Of a stretch of 64,000 bases of DNA, positions 8,125 through 16,390 are shown in pieces. The position numbers and the translations under genes were made by a program. Source of the stretch: Candidatus Woesearchaeota archaeon (GTDB lineage: Archaea; Nanobdellota; Nanobdellia; Woesearchaeales; JACJVV01); assembly GCA_047602755.1 (NCBI GenBank), contig JBLKOM010000005.1, forward strand, positions 78,936 to 142,935, read 5' to 3'. Each line of letters starts with the position of its first letter. Positions within the stretch are counted from its first letter, which is position 1. The notes beneath the pieces are model-generated. The model did no database searches. It was not told the origin of the DNA and saw only the letters and a program-made list of their open reading frames with translations.

Positions 8125-10970
8125 CTCTGTGCTTTTAATAAATGATATACTGTTGATAATTTACCATCAGGCATATGGATAACTGTATCTCCTTTGCCTT
8201 CAATTATAGAACCATCTGGTCCTGTAAGTTTATAGGATTTATCCTTAAATGTCTGAAATTCAGTCTTTTTTGCTTCTGATGACAAAATTGGGAATCTGCT
8301 TCCTTCACGGTAGATTGTTATACCTTTAAGATTATGTTTCCATGCATCTAAATAAATCTTTGAAATTGTTTCAGGTTCAATATCTTCTGGAAGATTCACT
8401 GTTGATGATATACTTTGATCAATATAATCTTGACATATTCCTTGAATTCTAACTCTTTTATGTGCATCAATATTATGAGCTGTTCTGAAAAAGTAAGGTG
8501 GAAGATATTTTTTTAACTCTTCTTCATTTGCATTTTTTGCTTTTTCTGTTAATCCTTTCTTGTCTAAATATGCTTGGACTGTTGGATGGAATACCTTAAA
8601 GAATACATTTCCAAAGGATTCACTTCTTCTAGTATAATACAATGCAAATATTGGTTCAACGCCACCACTCACTCCAATATAATTTTTGTTACCTTCTCTA
8701 AAACCAACACATATATTTGAAATAGTTCCTGTTGGTGCAATAGCCATTGTAGCAACATTTCTAACTCCATGTTGTTTTATTAGCGTTTTAACATCATCAT
8801 TAAGTGCTTCTTTAAAGAAAGGGCATTCACTATATTTAGAATAATCAAAAATAGGAATTGCTCCTTTTTCTTCTGCTAATAATGCAGTTGCTTCATAAGA
8901 TTTATTTGCAATATATTTCATTACTTTTTCAATAACTATAATACCTTCATCACTATCATAACCCATACCTAATTGATTTAACATGTCTGCAATTCCAATT
9001 ACTCCCATACCTATTCTTCGTGTTAATTTTGCAGCTTCACGTTGTGTATCAAGAGGATTCATTTTTTCATTCCAACTTATAACATTGTCTAAAAATCTAA
9101 CTAAAGTATGGATTGTTTCTCCTAACCTATCCCAGTTTATTTCTGCTGAATCAGTATATCCATTATCAACCATTCTTGACAAATTAACACTTCCTAAATT
9201 ACAAGCCCCACCTTTTTCAAGTGGAACTTCGCCACAAGGGTTTGTTGAAGAAATAGGTCTTCCTAAATAATTAGATGGACTATATCCAGCCATTCTTGAC
9301 CATAAAATTAGTCCTGGTTCTGCAGTCTTATAGTTTCCTTCTACAAAAAGATTCCATATATTTCTTGCTTTTACTAATTTTTTAATTTCACCAGTAGGCT
9401 TTGAATTAAAATAAAGCATATAATCTCCAGAAAATTTAATTGCTAATTGTGATTCACCTGTTTTAACTATAAAATCACCAAAAACATCTCTATGGTTTTG
9501 TTCATTTAAGTCATCTTTGTTTAATGGATTTAAGTATCCATGATTCTCTTTTAGATATTTATTTAGCTTTTCGATGTTGTCAAATTTTTCAAGAAGTTTA
9601 TACTTCTCAACAGGTTTTGAAGGCATACCAAACGAATAATTAACATTAGGTATATCTTGCATTTTTGGTGAATTGTCTACAGATTTATCCATTTCATATA
9701 CTAAAACTGTGTCTTTTCCATATTTATTTTGTTCTTCAACAGCTGTCATAAATTCATCAGTGACTTTTAAGCTAATATTTGCAAATCTTACTTGAGTGTT
9801 TTCTCTTACTTGTCTTTCAATTTCATTAAGATCTGCTTCATCAAATTTATTGGACCATTTACATTGTTCAACAATTTGGCTTGTGACCCAATTAGAAACT
9901 TTTTTTACTTGAACAAATGATTCAACATCAGGATGCTTTACATCTAATGTTAACATTAACGCTCCTCGCCTTCCAGATTGGCCAATTAATCCTGTTGTTA
10001 AGCTATATAATTCCATGAATGAGACTGCTCCTGTGCTATGATCTGCAGCATTATGAACTACTGCATTTTTTGGTCGAAGAACAGATATATCAATACCAAT
10101 CCCACCACCATAAGAATATGTTCTTGCAGCTTCAAAAGCAGCATTATATATTGATTCTATATTATCATCATCTATTAATGTAACAAAACAGTTAGATAGG
10201 GTTTTAAGCCTGTATAAGTCTCCTGCACCAGCATTTACTCTACCACCAGCAACAAAATATCCTTCATAAAAACAATCATAAAACTTTTTTGCCCAAGCTA
10301 ATTGTTTCTTTTCTGTTGGTTCAACTGTAGCCATAAAAGCAGATAATCTTGCAAACATATCTTCCGGTCGTTGTTCAATCGGATGCCCTTCAAGATCTTT
10401 TAAATAGTATTTCTTTCTAAAAATATTATCCGCTAAATCATTTCCACTTATATAATCATTTTCAGAATGAATTGGAAGTTCACCGCTTACTTGCATTTTT
10501 CTTAATCTGAAAAGAAGTACTTTATAATCATTTAACATATCTTTTTCAATTATATTACTTAATTTACTTTTATGCTTAAACATTTCAGCTATTTTAACAG
10601 ATACTTCATCATCTAATTCAATGTTTTCAAGTTCTAATTTTTGAAGTCTTTCAATTTCTCTCAGTTGTTTGTGCTTTTCTCTATAAAGAATAAATGCTTT
10701 AGCTGTTTTTGCATGACCTTGTTCAATCAATATTTTTTCAACTTCATCTTGAATTTGTTCAACATCTAATGGTTTATCAACATTATATTTATTTTTGATT
10801 GAAGAAATTACATTTTCACTTAATTCTTCTGCAACTGAGATATCTGACCCACCTACAGATTGGGCTGCTTTGTAAATAGCATTTGTAATCTTTTGTTTTT
10901 CAAAAGAAACAATTTCACCAGTTCTTTTTTTAACATTTAATTCAGATAATTGTTGAGTTGATAACACCAT
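8121..10970 (-). CDS. nrdJ: Class II (adenosylcobalamin-dependent) ribonucleotide reductase with N-terminal ATP cone
   Basis: ATP-cone-like N-terminus VKKRTGEIVSFEKQKI. Finger-loop NPCGEV, ACNLGSVNL and AIAPTGTIS motifs. 949 aa. Confidence 0.95.
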   Translation of the reverse strand: MVLSTQQLSELNVKKRTGEIVSFEKQKITNAIYKAAQSVGGSDISVAEELSENVISSIKNKYNVDKPLDVEQIQDEVEKILIEQGHAKTAKAFILYREKHKQLREIERLQKLELENIELDDEVSVKIAEMFKHKSKLSNIIEKDMLNDYKVLLFRLRKMQVSGELPIHSENDYISGNDLADNIFRKKYYLKDLEGHPIEQRPEDMFARLSAFMATVEPTEKKQLAWAKKFYDCFYEGYFVAGGRVNAGAGDLYRLKTLSNCFVTLIDDDNIESIYNAAFEAARTYSYGGGIGIDISVLRPKNAVVHNAADHSTGAVSFMELYSLTTGLIGQSGRRGALMLTLDVKHPDVESFVQVKKVSNWVTSQIVEQCKWSNKFDEADLNEIERQVRENTQVRFANISLKVTDEFMTAVEEQNKYGKDTVLVYEMDKSVDNSPKMQDIPNVNYSFGMPSKPVEKYKLLEKFDNIEKLNKYLKENHGYLNPLNKDDLNEQNHRDVFGDFIVKTGESQLAIKFSGDYMLYFNSKPTGEIKKLVKARNIWNLFVEGNYKTAEPGLILWSRMAGYSPSNYLGRPISSTNPCGEVPLEKGGACNLGSVNLSRMVDNGYTDSAEINWDRLGETIHTLVRFLDNVISWNEKMNPLDTQREAAKLTRRIGMGVIGIADMLNQLGMGYDSDEGIIVIEKVMKYIANKSYEATALLAEEKGAIPIFDYSKYSECPFFKEALNDDVKTLIKQHGVRNVATMAIAPTGTISNICVGFREGNKNYIGVSGGVEPIFALYYTRRSESFGNVFFKVFHPTVQAYLDKKGLTEKAKNANEEELKKYLPPYFFRTAHNIDAHKRVRIQGICQDYIDQSISSTVNLPEDIEPETISKIYLDAWKHNLKGITIYREGSRFPILSSEAKKTEFQTFKDKSYKLTGPDGSIIEGKGDTVIHMPDGKLSTVYHLLKAQR

Positions 10971-11019
10971 CTTTTTTTCACCTTTTGTCTTTTTTACTAT
11001 TTGTTAAGAGTTAATTTGA

Positions 11020-11066
11020 CCGCAATATATTGTGTTTTTTGGGTCATTAAACCACAACATGTTGTG
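11020..11066. promoter_or_regulatory. Two palindromes resembling NrdR boxes upstream of nrdJ, centres about 32 bp apart
   Basis: CGCAATATATTGTGT at 11021-11035 and the perfect palindrome CACAACATGTTGTG at 11053-11066. The NrdR consensus is acaCwAtATaTwGtgt. Confidence 0.5.
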
Positions 11067-11197
11067 TTTAATCATATCTTGGAATAACTTGTTTATATAC
11101 TTTATGTAAATAAAAAAGAGGTGTCCAATGGAATAATTATAAGCTATGTCTAAAATAGTAATAATAAAAAAAATAAATTGCTATTTTGTTAAATACT

Positions 11198-12265
11198 TTA
11201 ACATTCTGCGCAAAAACTGTTAATAGTCATTTGTTGATCAGCTTCAAATATTAAATTACTAACCTTAATACCTAGTAATCTAACTTTAGTTTCTTCGTTT
11301 GTACACTTTAAACTATTTAACAAATATTGAATTTTGTTTTTGATAATCTCTTTGGATGTCATTGGAATTTTTAATGATATATCACGAGATATTGTGTTAA
11401 AATCTGAAAATCTAACTTTTAGTGAAACTGTTTTAAAACTATATTTATCCATATCAAGTTCATTTATTAATTCAGTAATATAATTATCACAGTTTGTTAA
11501 AAATATATCTGTGTCAAATGTCATCTCTTTGCTTATTGATTTTCTTGGACCATATTCTTCATTAACTTTGCTTTTGTCATTACCTTTTGCTAATTCTTGT
11601 AGTCCAATTATCCAAGTACCAAAATTATCAATTAATTTGAAAGTATTATATTTAGCTAGGTTGTCTATTGTAAGGATATTTAGTTTTTTAAGTTTTTCAA
11701 ATGTTTTTTTCCCAATTCCTGAAATTTTAGTTACTTCTAGTGGTGCTAAAAAGCTCTTCATATCATTAACAACAGTTATTCCATATGGTTTTTTGAAGTC
11801 TGAAGCAATTTTAGCTACATATCTAGATTCAGAAACACCGATGGAACATTTTAATTTTGTTGTATTATATATATGATCTTGGATATATTTTGCAGCATCT
11901 TCAATATTAGGAAATCTTTTTGCAAATGCAGTAATATCTAGATAAGCCTCATCAATAGAAACTTGCTCAATAAATGTTGCAAACTTTTTTAATTCAAACA
12001 TTACATTAGAAGATTCATTTTTATATAATATGAAGTTAGGCTTTAGATATGTTCCGTTAGGGCAAAGTTTTATGGCTTTGCTAATGGGTAATGCACTTTT
12101 AAGGCCATATTTTCTTGCTTCATAATTTGCTGTGCATAAAACACCCCTATTTGATGAAGGTAGTGCACCTATTGCAACAGGTTTTCCAACTAAACTTGGA
12201 TCATATTTTTCTTCACATGCTGCAAAAAAACAATCCATATCAATATGAGCAATTATTTGTTTCAT
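11198..12265 (-). CDS. dinB: Y-family DNA polymerase IV (Dpo4/Dbh/DinB)
   Basis: N-terminal HIDMDCFFAACEE, followed by the SIDEAYLDIT and GIGKKT motifs typical of DinB/Dpo4. Confidence 0.9.
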   Translation of the reverse strand: MKQIIAHIDMDCFFAACEEKYDPSLVGKPVAIGALPSSNRGVLCTANYEARKYGLKSALPISKAIKLCPNGTYLKPNFILYKNESSNVMFELKKFATFIEQVSIDEAYLDITAFAKRFPNIEDAAKYIQDHIYNTTKLKCSIGVSESRYVAKIASDFKKPYGITVVNDMKSFLAPLEVTKISGIGKKTFEKLKKLNILTIDNLAKYNTFKLIDNFGTWIIGLQELAKGNDKSKVNEEYGPRKSISKEMTFDTDIFLTNCDNYITELINELDMDKYSFKTVSLKVRFSDFNTISRDISLKIPMTSKEIIKNKIQYLLNSLKCTNEETKVRLLGIKVSNLIFEADQQMTINSFCAEC

Positions 12266-12384
12266 AAATAATTAAGAATAGCTTTAGTATATAAACAAAT
12301 CTGGAGTCAATGTCCATTGCTAATGGGGAAATATAGCTAGAATGTATTATTCAGTTAGAATCAATTTTATAGTTTAAACAATTT

Positions 12385-12471
12385 GTTAATAAAAAAAAGG
12401 GTTGGCAGTCCCTAAGAACTGCCCCCCAGATGATGGATGAAACCTCTCTTTTTAGAGAGAGGAGCATGAAT
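12385..12471 (+). repeat. Copy 1 of a conserved ~87-nt non-coding element (candidate small structured RNA), in the dinB/12701 divergent intergenic region
   Basis: About 85% identical to 15434-15520. Hairpins GGCAGT-loop-ACTGCC and CCTCTCT-loop-AGAGAGG flank the invariant CCCAGATGATGGATGAAACCTCTC core. Confidence 0.6.
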
Positions 12472-12700
12472 TTTTCTGTTTATGATTAATGATATATATT
12501 TTTTATAATTTTTTACCAATATATGTACTTTAATATATATCTTATTTGGCTAATAGAAGCTATATAATACAGAATTGACCCCCATCAACCAAGGTATAGT
12601 AATTGTCTCTTATATATAAATTTAATGGTAGTCAGATAAATGTGTATCATATGTTGTTCTATCTACTACAACTGAAGTTTAAATATTATGGAATAAGTTA

Positions 12701-13732
12701 TTGATAATGATTAGAATGAAGGCTCTGGAAAAAGAAGAAAATAAGCTAAAAGGCCTAGATTACTTGCTTTTAGTTCAGCATGGAGCTTTTTTATATTCTA
12801 CTGGCAAATATGTAGTGTTACCCTCTATTAGTTTTGGTCAGGAAGTAGATAATATAAGCTATAATTTGCACCAAGGTATTGAGAATGTGATGAATGTTGT
12901 TCAAAATATTCAGGAAACTGTTCAAAAACTAGCATTAAAAAATGGTGCGGAGATTCGGGCAGGTAAAAGAATGCTTGAAGATATAGCATTAAAAATGGAA
13001 TATGATATTAATAATGAGATGCAATCTAATCCTAATGAGGTATTAATTCATCAGTTAGAAGCCTTAAATTTATACCGAATGGAACTGAATAATTATTTTA
13101 ATATGTCTTCAAAGTCTTTACAAGATTTATATCATAATATTAATCAAAATACAATTAGTATTGCAAATGTAGGAGATTATATTAGGCCTGAATCTGGAAT
13201 TGTTAATTATTTGTTAAATATTAGAGAAAATTTAAGTAAGGAGCTTGGAGCACCTTCTGGAGAATTACATAAGACAAATCAAATTGATCTTGAGCAAGAA
13301 TATTCTAATATTTTTGGTTTAATATCGGATATCCAAAGAGCATTAACACAAGTGTCAAATATTTATCTTGCAAGTAATCAGGATTATAATGCAAGGCAAG
13401 ATTGGATTAATAATGGTAGATCTTTAATCGAAAAATATCAAACTCTTCAACAATCAAATCAACTTCTTCATGAAATGGATCTTGTTTCTGATAATTTTAG
13501 AGAACAATTAAGTGAGATTGTTCATACAAAAGTTGATACTATTGATTATATGAAAACTAAAGGATATGATGTTTCTGAACCAATGTCATTTATGGTATAT
13601 TTTATTCCTGCGATTGCAGCAGCAGGAAGTTTGATTTTGTATGATAAGATTGTAAAGATTGAAAGAAGAATATTAAATCAAATGTCTACCATTGTGAAAT
13701 CGGTAAGAGGAGTAGTGAATAAAAATGGATAA
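12701..13732 (+). CDS. Hypothetical coiled-coil protein with a C-terminal TM helix
   Basis: 343 aa, Q/N/E-rich helical, hydrophobic segment near the C-terminus. Start overlaps the next gene, suggesting an operon. Confidence 0.45.
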   Translation: MIMIRMKALEKEENKLKGLDYLLLVQHGAFLYSTGKYVVLPSISFGQEVDNISYNLHQGIENVMNVVQNIQETVQKLALKNGAEIRAGKRMLEDIALKMEYDINNEMQSNPNEVLIHQLEALNLYRMELNNYFNMSSKSLQDLYHNINQNTISIANVGDYIRPESGIVNYLLNIRENLSKELGAPSGELHKTNQIDLEQEYSNIFGLISDIQRALTQVSNIYLASNQDYNARQDWINNGRSLIEKYQTLQQSNQLLHEMDLVSDNFREQLSEIVHTKVDTIDYMKTKGYDVSEPMSFMVYFIPAIAAAGSLILYDKIVKIERRILNQMSTIVKSVRGVVNKNG

Positions 13733-14132
13733 TTCAATTAAAATTAATAAAGCATTAGTATGTAATTCGGAAGAAACAGTGATTGAAGTAGCAAGAAGAA
13801 TGCGTGAATCAAATGAGAGACATGTATTTGTTATTAATTCAATGATTGATAAAAAAATTGATTCTAATAATAATAATCAAAAATTAGTTGGTATAATAAG
13901 TACTGTGGATATATGTAATAAGATTGTTGCTGAAGGAAAATCATTATCTACAATGGTAAAAGATGTAATGAACCCAGTAGAAACTGTAGAAAAAAAACAA
14001 GATGAAGAATATGCATTAAAAATAATGATGGAAAGAAATACTTTTACTTGTCCTGTCGTTGATAATGGGATTTTCTTAGGTGTTGTCAACTATAATGATA
14101 TATTTCAGAAAGTTGTTCAAAAGGTGAAATAA
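13725..14132 (+). CDS. CBS-pair domain protein
   Basis: Two CBS-like halves (VGIISTVDI..., GIFLGVVNYNDIF). Confidence 0.65.
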   Translation: MDNSIKINKALVCNSEETVIEVARRMRESNERHVFVINSMIDKKIDSNNNNQKLVGIISTVDICNKIVAEGKSLSTMVKDVMNPVETVEKKQDEEYALKIMMERNTFTCPVVDNGIFLGVVNYNDIFQKVVQKVK

Positions 14133-14133
14133 T

Positions 14134-14781
14134 ATGGATTTAGGAGATAAAGTAAAAAAAATTTGGGATAAAGCTAGATTACAATTTTTTGTTCCATCAA
14201 CAAAAATTGGAATCAAAAATCATTTATTAGATCAATTAAATTCATATTTTGAAGGAAAAGATTCTGAGTCTCAAAAAAATTATTTATCAATTTTAGAAAG
14301 TAATGTTGATGAAAGTTTTGCAAAGTATGAAAAATCATTTAATAGTACAATATCTCAAATAGGCACAGGCATTGGTGGTACTACAGCATTATGGGAGATT
14401 GCAACTCATGCAACAAGGTTAAATGCATCTTTTTTTCCAAATGTAGCATTGACAATAATGGCTGGTAAGACTTCTTTAGAGTTGCCTCATATATATCATT
14501 ATATGAAGAATGCAAAAGACATTAATGGGATTTATGGTTTAGCATTGTATGGTTTAAAGAAAGCTTTTGGGCTTGCAGTTCCAATAATTGGTCCTGCGTT
14601 AGAAGGTAGTTCACTTAGAGACATGTTAGCATCACGTATATCGTATGAAGCAAAGAAAAACTTTTTAATAAAAATTGGCGCATATGAAAATTTATATGAT
14701 AGAATAAAGAGTCACATTGAAAATGTTGCAGGTAAGTTAAAAAATTCAAATTTATACTTGCCAAATCTTCAACCAGTTTGA
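14134..14781 (+). CDS. Hypothetical protein (215 aa)
   Basis: ORF with coherent coding composition, 2 nt after the CBS gene. Confidence 0.45.
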   Translation: MDLGDKVKKIWDKARLQFFVPSTKIGIKNHLLDQLNSYFEGKDSESQKNYLSILESNVDESFAKYEKSFNSTISQIGTGIGGTTALWEIATHATRLNASFFPNVALTIMAGKTSLELPHIYHYMKNAKDINGIYGLALYGLKKAFGLAVPIIGPALEGSSLRDMLASRISYEAKKNFLIKIGAYENLYDRIKSHIENVAGKLKNSNLYLPNLQPV

Positions 14782-14870
14782 ATTTTTTTTTATTTTTTTT
14801 ATTTTTTTTAGAAATTTTTTTATTTTTTTGAATATTTTTTGTTTTTTCTGAATTGTCTCTGGTTTTCATT
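14782..14870 (+). terminator. Extended oligo-T tract (tandem T7-8 A runs), a probable archaeal-type intrinsic terminator
   Basis: tttttttttatttttttatttttttt... immediately after the 14781 stop. Archaeal RNAP terminates at oligo-T. Confidence 0.45.
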
Positions 14871-14884
14871 TATGAAATTTAATA

Positions 14885-15385
14885 ATGAATAACTTAATTA
14901 TTATTTTTATGACTCTATTAAATAGATTTAATAAAATAATATTATATACTGCTATATTTGGATTAGGATATAGTACTTGTTATGCGGATGGATTTTTGGA
15001 AAGAATAAAAAATAAAGTAAATAATTTTACAATTGCAGCTTCTGAATTGGGTGAGGAAATTAAACCTAAATCTATTGATCATCTTTTAATAATACGTTCT
15101 TCGATATCTGAGTTATTAGGTTCTGAATCAGGAGATAAACATAAATTATATTCTTCTTGGAGAAGTAGAGAATATCAGAATATCGATAATTTGATTAAAT
15201 TCTATGAAACTATTATTAATGATGCAAATATTTCTTCTAATAGTTATTCTAAGCTTGACAATTCTTATAATCTATACGAATTAAATACTCTTTTGAATAA
15301 ACTTGTAACACTTAATGTTGATTGTGGTGAATTTAAAGAAAAGATGATTTCTATTGAACTAAAACGTCAAAGATATATTCCATGA
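14885..15385 (+). CDS. Secreted or lipid-anchored hypothetical protein
   Basis: N-terminal signal-like hydrophobic segment ending ...STCYADG. Confidence 0.45.
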   Translation: MNNLIIIFMTLLNRFNKIILYTAIFGLGYSTCYADGFLERIKNKVNNFTIAASELGEEIKPKSIDHLLIIRSSISELLGSESGDKHKLYSSWRSREYQNIDNLIKFYETIINDANISSNSYSKLDNSYNLYELNTLLNKLVTLNVDCGEFKEKMISIELKRQRYIP

Positions 15386-15433
15386 TATTTTTACAATTAG
15401 ATTTTATTTTAATAATCTATAGAATAAAATTAA

Positions 15434-15520
15434 GTTAATAAAAAAAGAGGAGGACAGTTCCGAAGAACTGCCCTACCCAGATGATGGATGAAACCTCTCC
15501 TTAGAGAGAGGATCATAAAT
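15434..15520 (+). repeat. Copy 2 of the conserved ~87-nt non-coding element
   Basis: GTTAATAAAAAAAGAGGAGGACAGTTCCGAAGAACTGCCCTACCCAGATGATGGATGAAACCTCTCCTTAGAGAGAGGATCATAAAT, with the same two hairpins and core as copy 1. Confidence 0.6.
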
Positions 15521-15800
15521 CCCACAGTAAGCTGTGGGTGCCAAATTCGTTGTGATTGATTTTATCAGCTGCTAGTTAGAACTCGGCGATAGCCAGTTTT
15601 TTTGTGTGCCGCTTTCTTTTCGCGATGCTTCATATTAAAACCTTTTGTGATGCGAGCTTGTATAAGCTCAAGCATTATAAAACAAAAGTGCCCGAGGGGT
15701 ATGAGGGGTGTTTGCAAAGAACTTGTGGGCACTTTGTTTCATTTTACATAGGTTAAAGGCTGTAACCAATGATTACAGACTTTGAATGTGATTTTGTAAT
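15521..15800. ncRNA. GC-enriched, hairpin-dense non-coding island (candidate structured RNA of unknown class) in a convergent intergenic region
   Basis: No ORF of at least 60 aa. Contains the perfect hairpin CCCACAG-TAAG-CTGTGGG, the 9-bp stem AAAGTGCCC...GGGCACTTT enclosing a duplicated GAGGGGT, and the palindromes GAGCTTGTATAAGCTC and CTGTAA...TTACAG. GC is clearly above the local background. Confidence 0.35.
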
Positions 15801-15819
15801 GAAAAATTTTGATTAAAAA

Positions 15820-16224
15820 TCATTCATATGAGTGAGCTGGTTTTCGTAATTCTTCTTTCCACATTAAACCAACTTTGAGCATATCATTGTAAAATTTATC
15901 ACTTAAACGGTATGTTTTTTTGTAAAGATCATATTCAACTATACCCATACTTTTAAGAGGGGTTAGTATTCTATCGTAAAATTGTCTTTTATTATATGAT
16001 AGTTTTACTTTTTTTCCTTTAAATTTAGGGTCATCAATCATTGTAACAAATTGACCTTCATGTAATTGGGTCGCAAATAGACTCATTTCAGTTTTATTTA
16101 CTTCATTTTCGTGATCTTTCATAAATTCAACTAATGCTTTTGCAACTATTTCTTGTTGCTTGGTTGCAAATATGACTTCATAAATGTCTTTCGGGAAATT
16201 AAATCTGTCATAAAGTATAACCAT
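15820..16224 (-). CDS. Hypothetical protein, possibly a winged-helix DNA-binding protein
   Basis: 134 aa. The C-terminal region is helix-turn-wing-like. Weak. Confidence 0.4.
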   Translation of the reverse strand: MVILYDRFNFPKDIYEVIFATKQQEIVAKALVEFMKDHENEVNKTEMSLFATQLHEGQFVTMIDDPKFKGKKVKLSYNKRQFYDRILTPLKSMGIVEYDLYKKTYRLSDKFYNDMLKVGLMWKEELRKPAHSYE

Positions 16225-16390
16225 TTTATGTCATTTGTCTATATTAGAATGCTTAATACATGTACTGATATATAAATATTTCTATTATTAGCTAATTATA
16301 CCAACTAGTATACATAATAGTATATTATATTTTGTGGATTTTTTTCAACAAATTTATAAACTTGCTATTTGTTATATATTTAGGTGATTT

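Noticed and set aside
14615-14869. 84-aa Lys-rich ORF on the minus strand
   Set aside because: It is translated from the poly-T/poly-A terminator tract (KKNKKNKKKFK...), so it is a low-complexity artefact.
12385-15520. Interpreting the duplicated 87-nt element as a box C/D or H/ACA sRNA, a tRNA fragment or a peptide gene
   Set aside because: GATGATGG lacks a proper UGAUGA C box, and no CUGA D box is in register. ACA/ANA boxes are not conserved between copies. There is no cloverleaf or T-arm GTTC. The AUG AUG GAU... frame hits a stop in copy 2 (MMDETSP*). Kept as an unclassified element.
12385-15520. The two element copies as att direct repeats flanking an integrated 3-kb element
   Set aside because: The copies are only about 85% identical (att repeats are normally identical). 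No integrase or recombinase lies between them. The enclosed genes look like ordinary operon content.
15521-15800. Assigning the GC-rich island to SRP RNA or RNase P RNA
   Set aside because: Neither strand shows the SRP helix-8 AGGAAGCAGCC-type motif or the RNase P P4 GGAAAGUCC / ACAGAA..GGCUUA motifs. It is left as an unclassified structured candidate.
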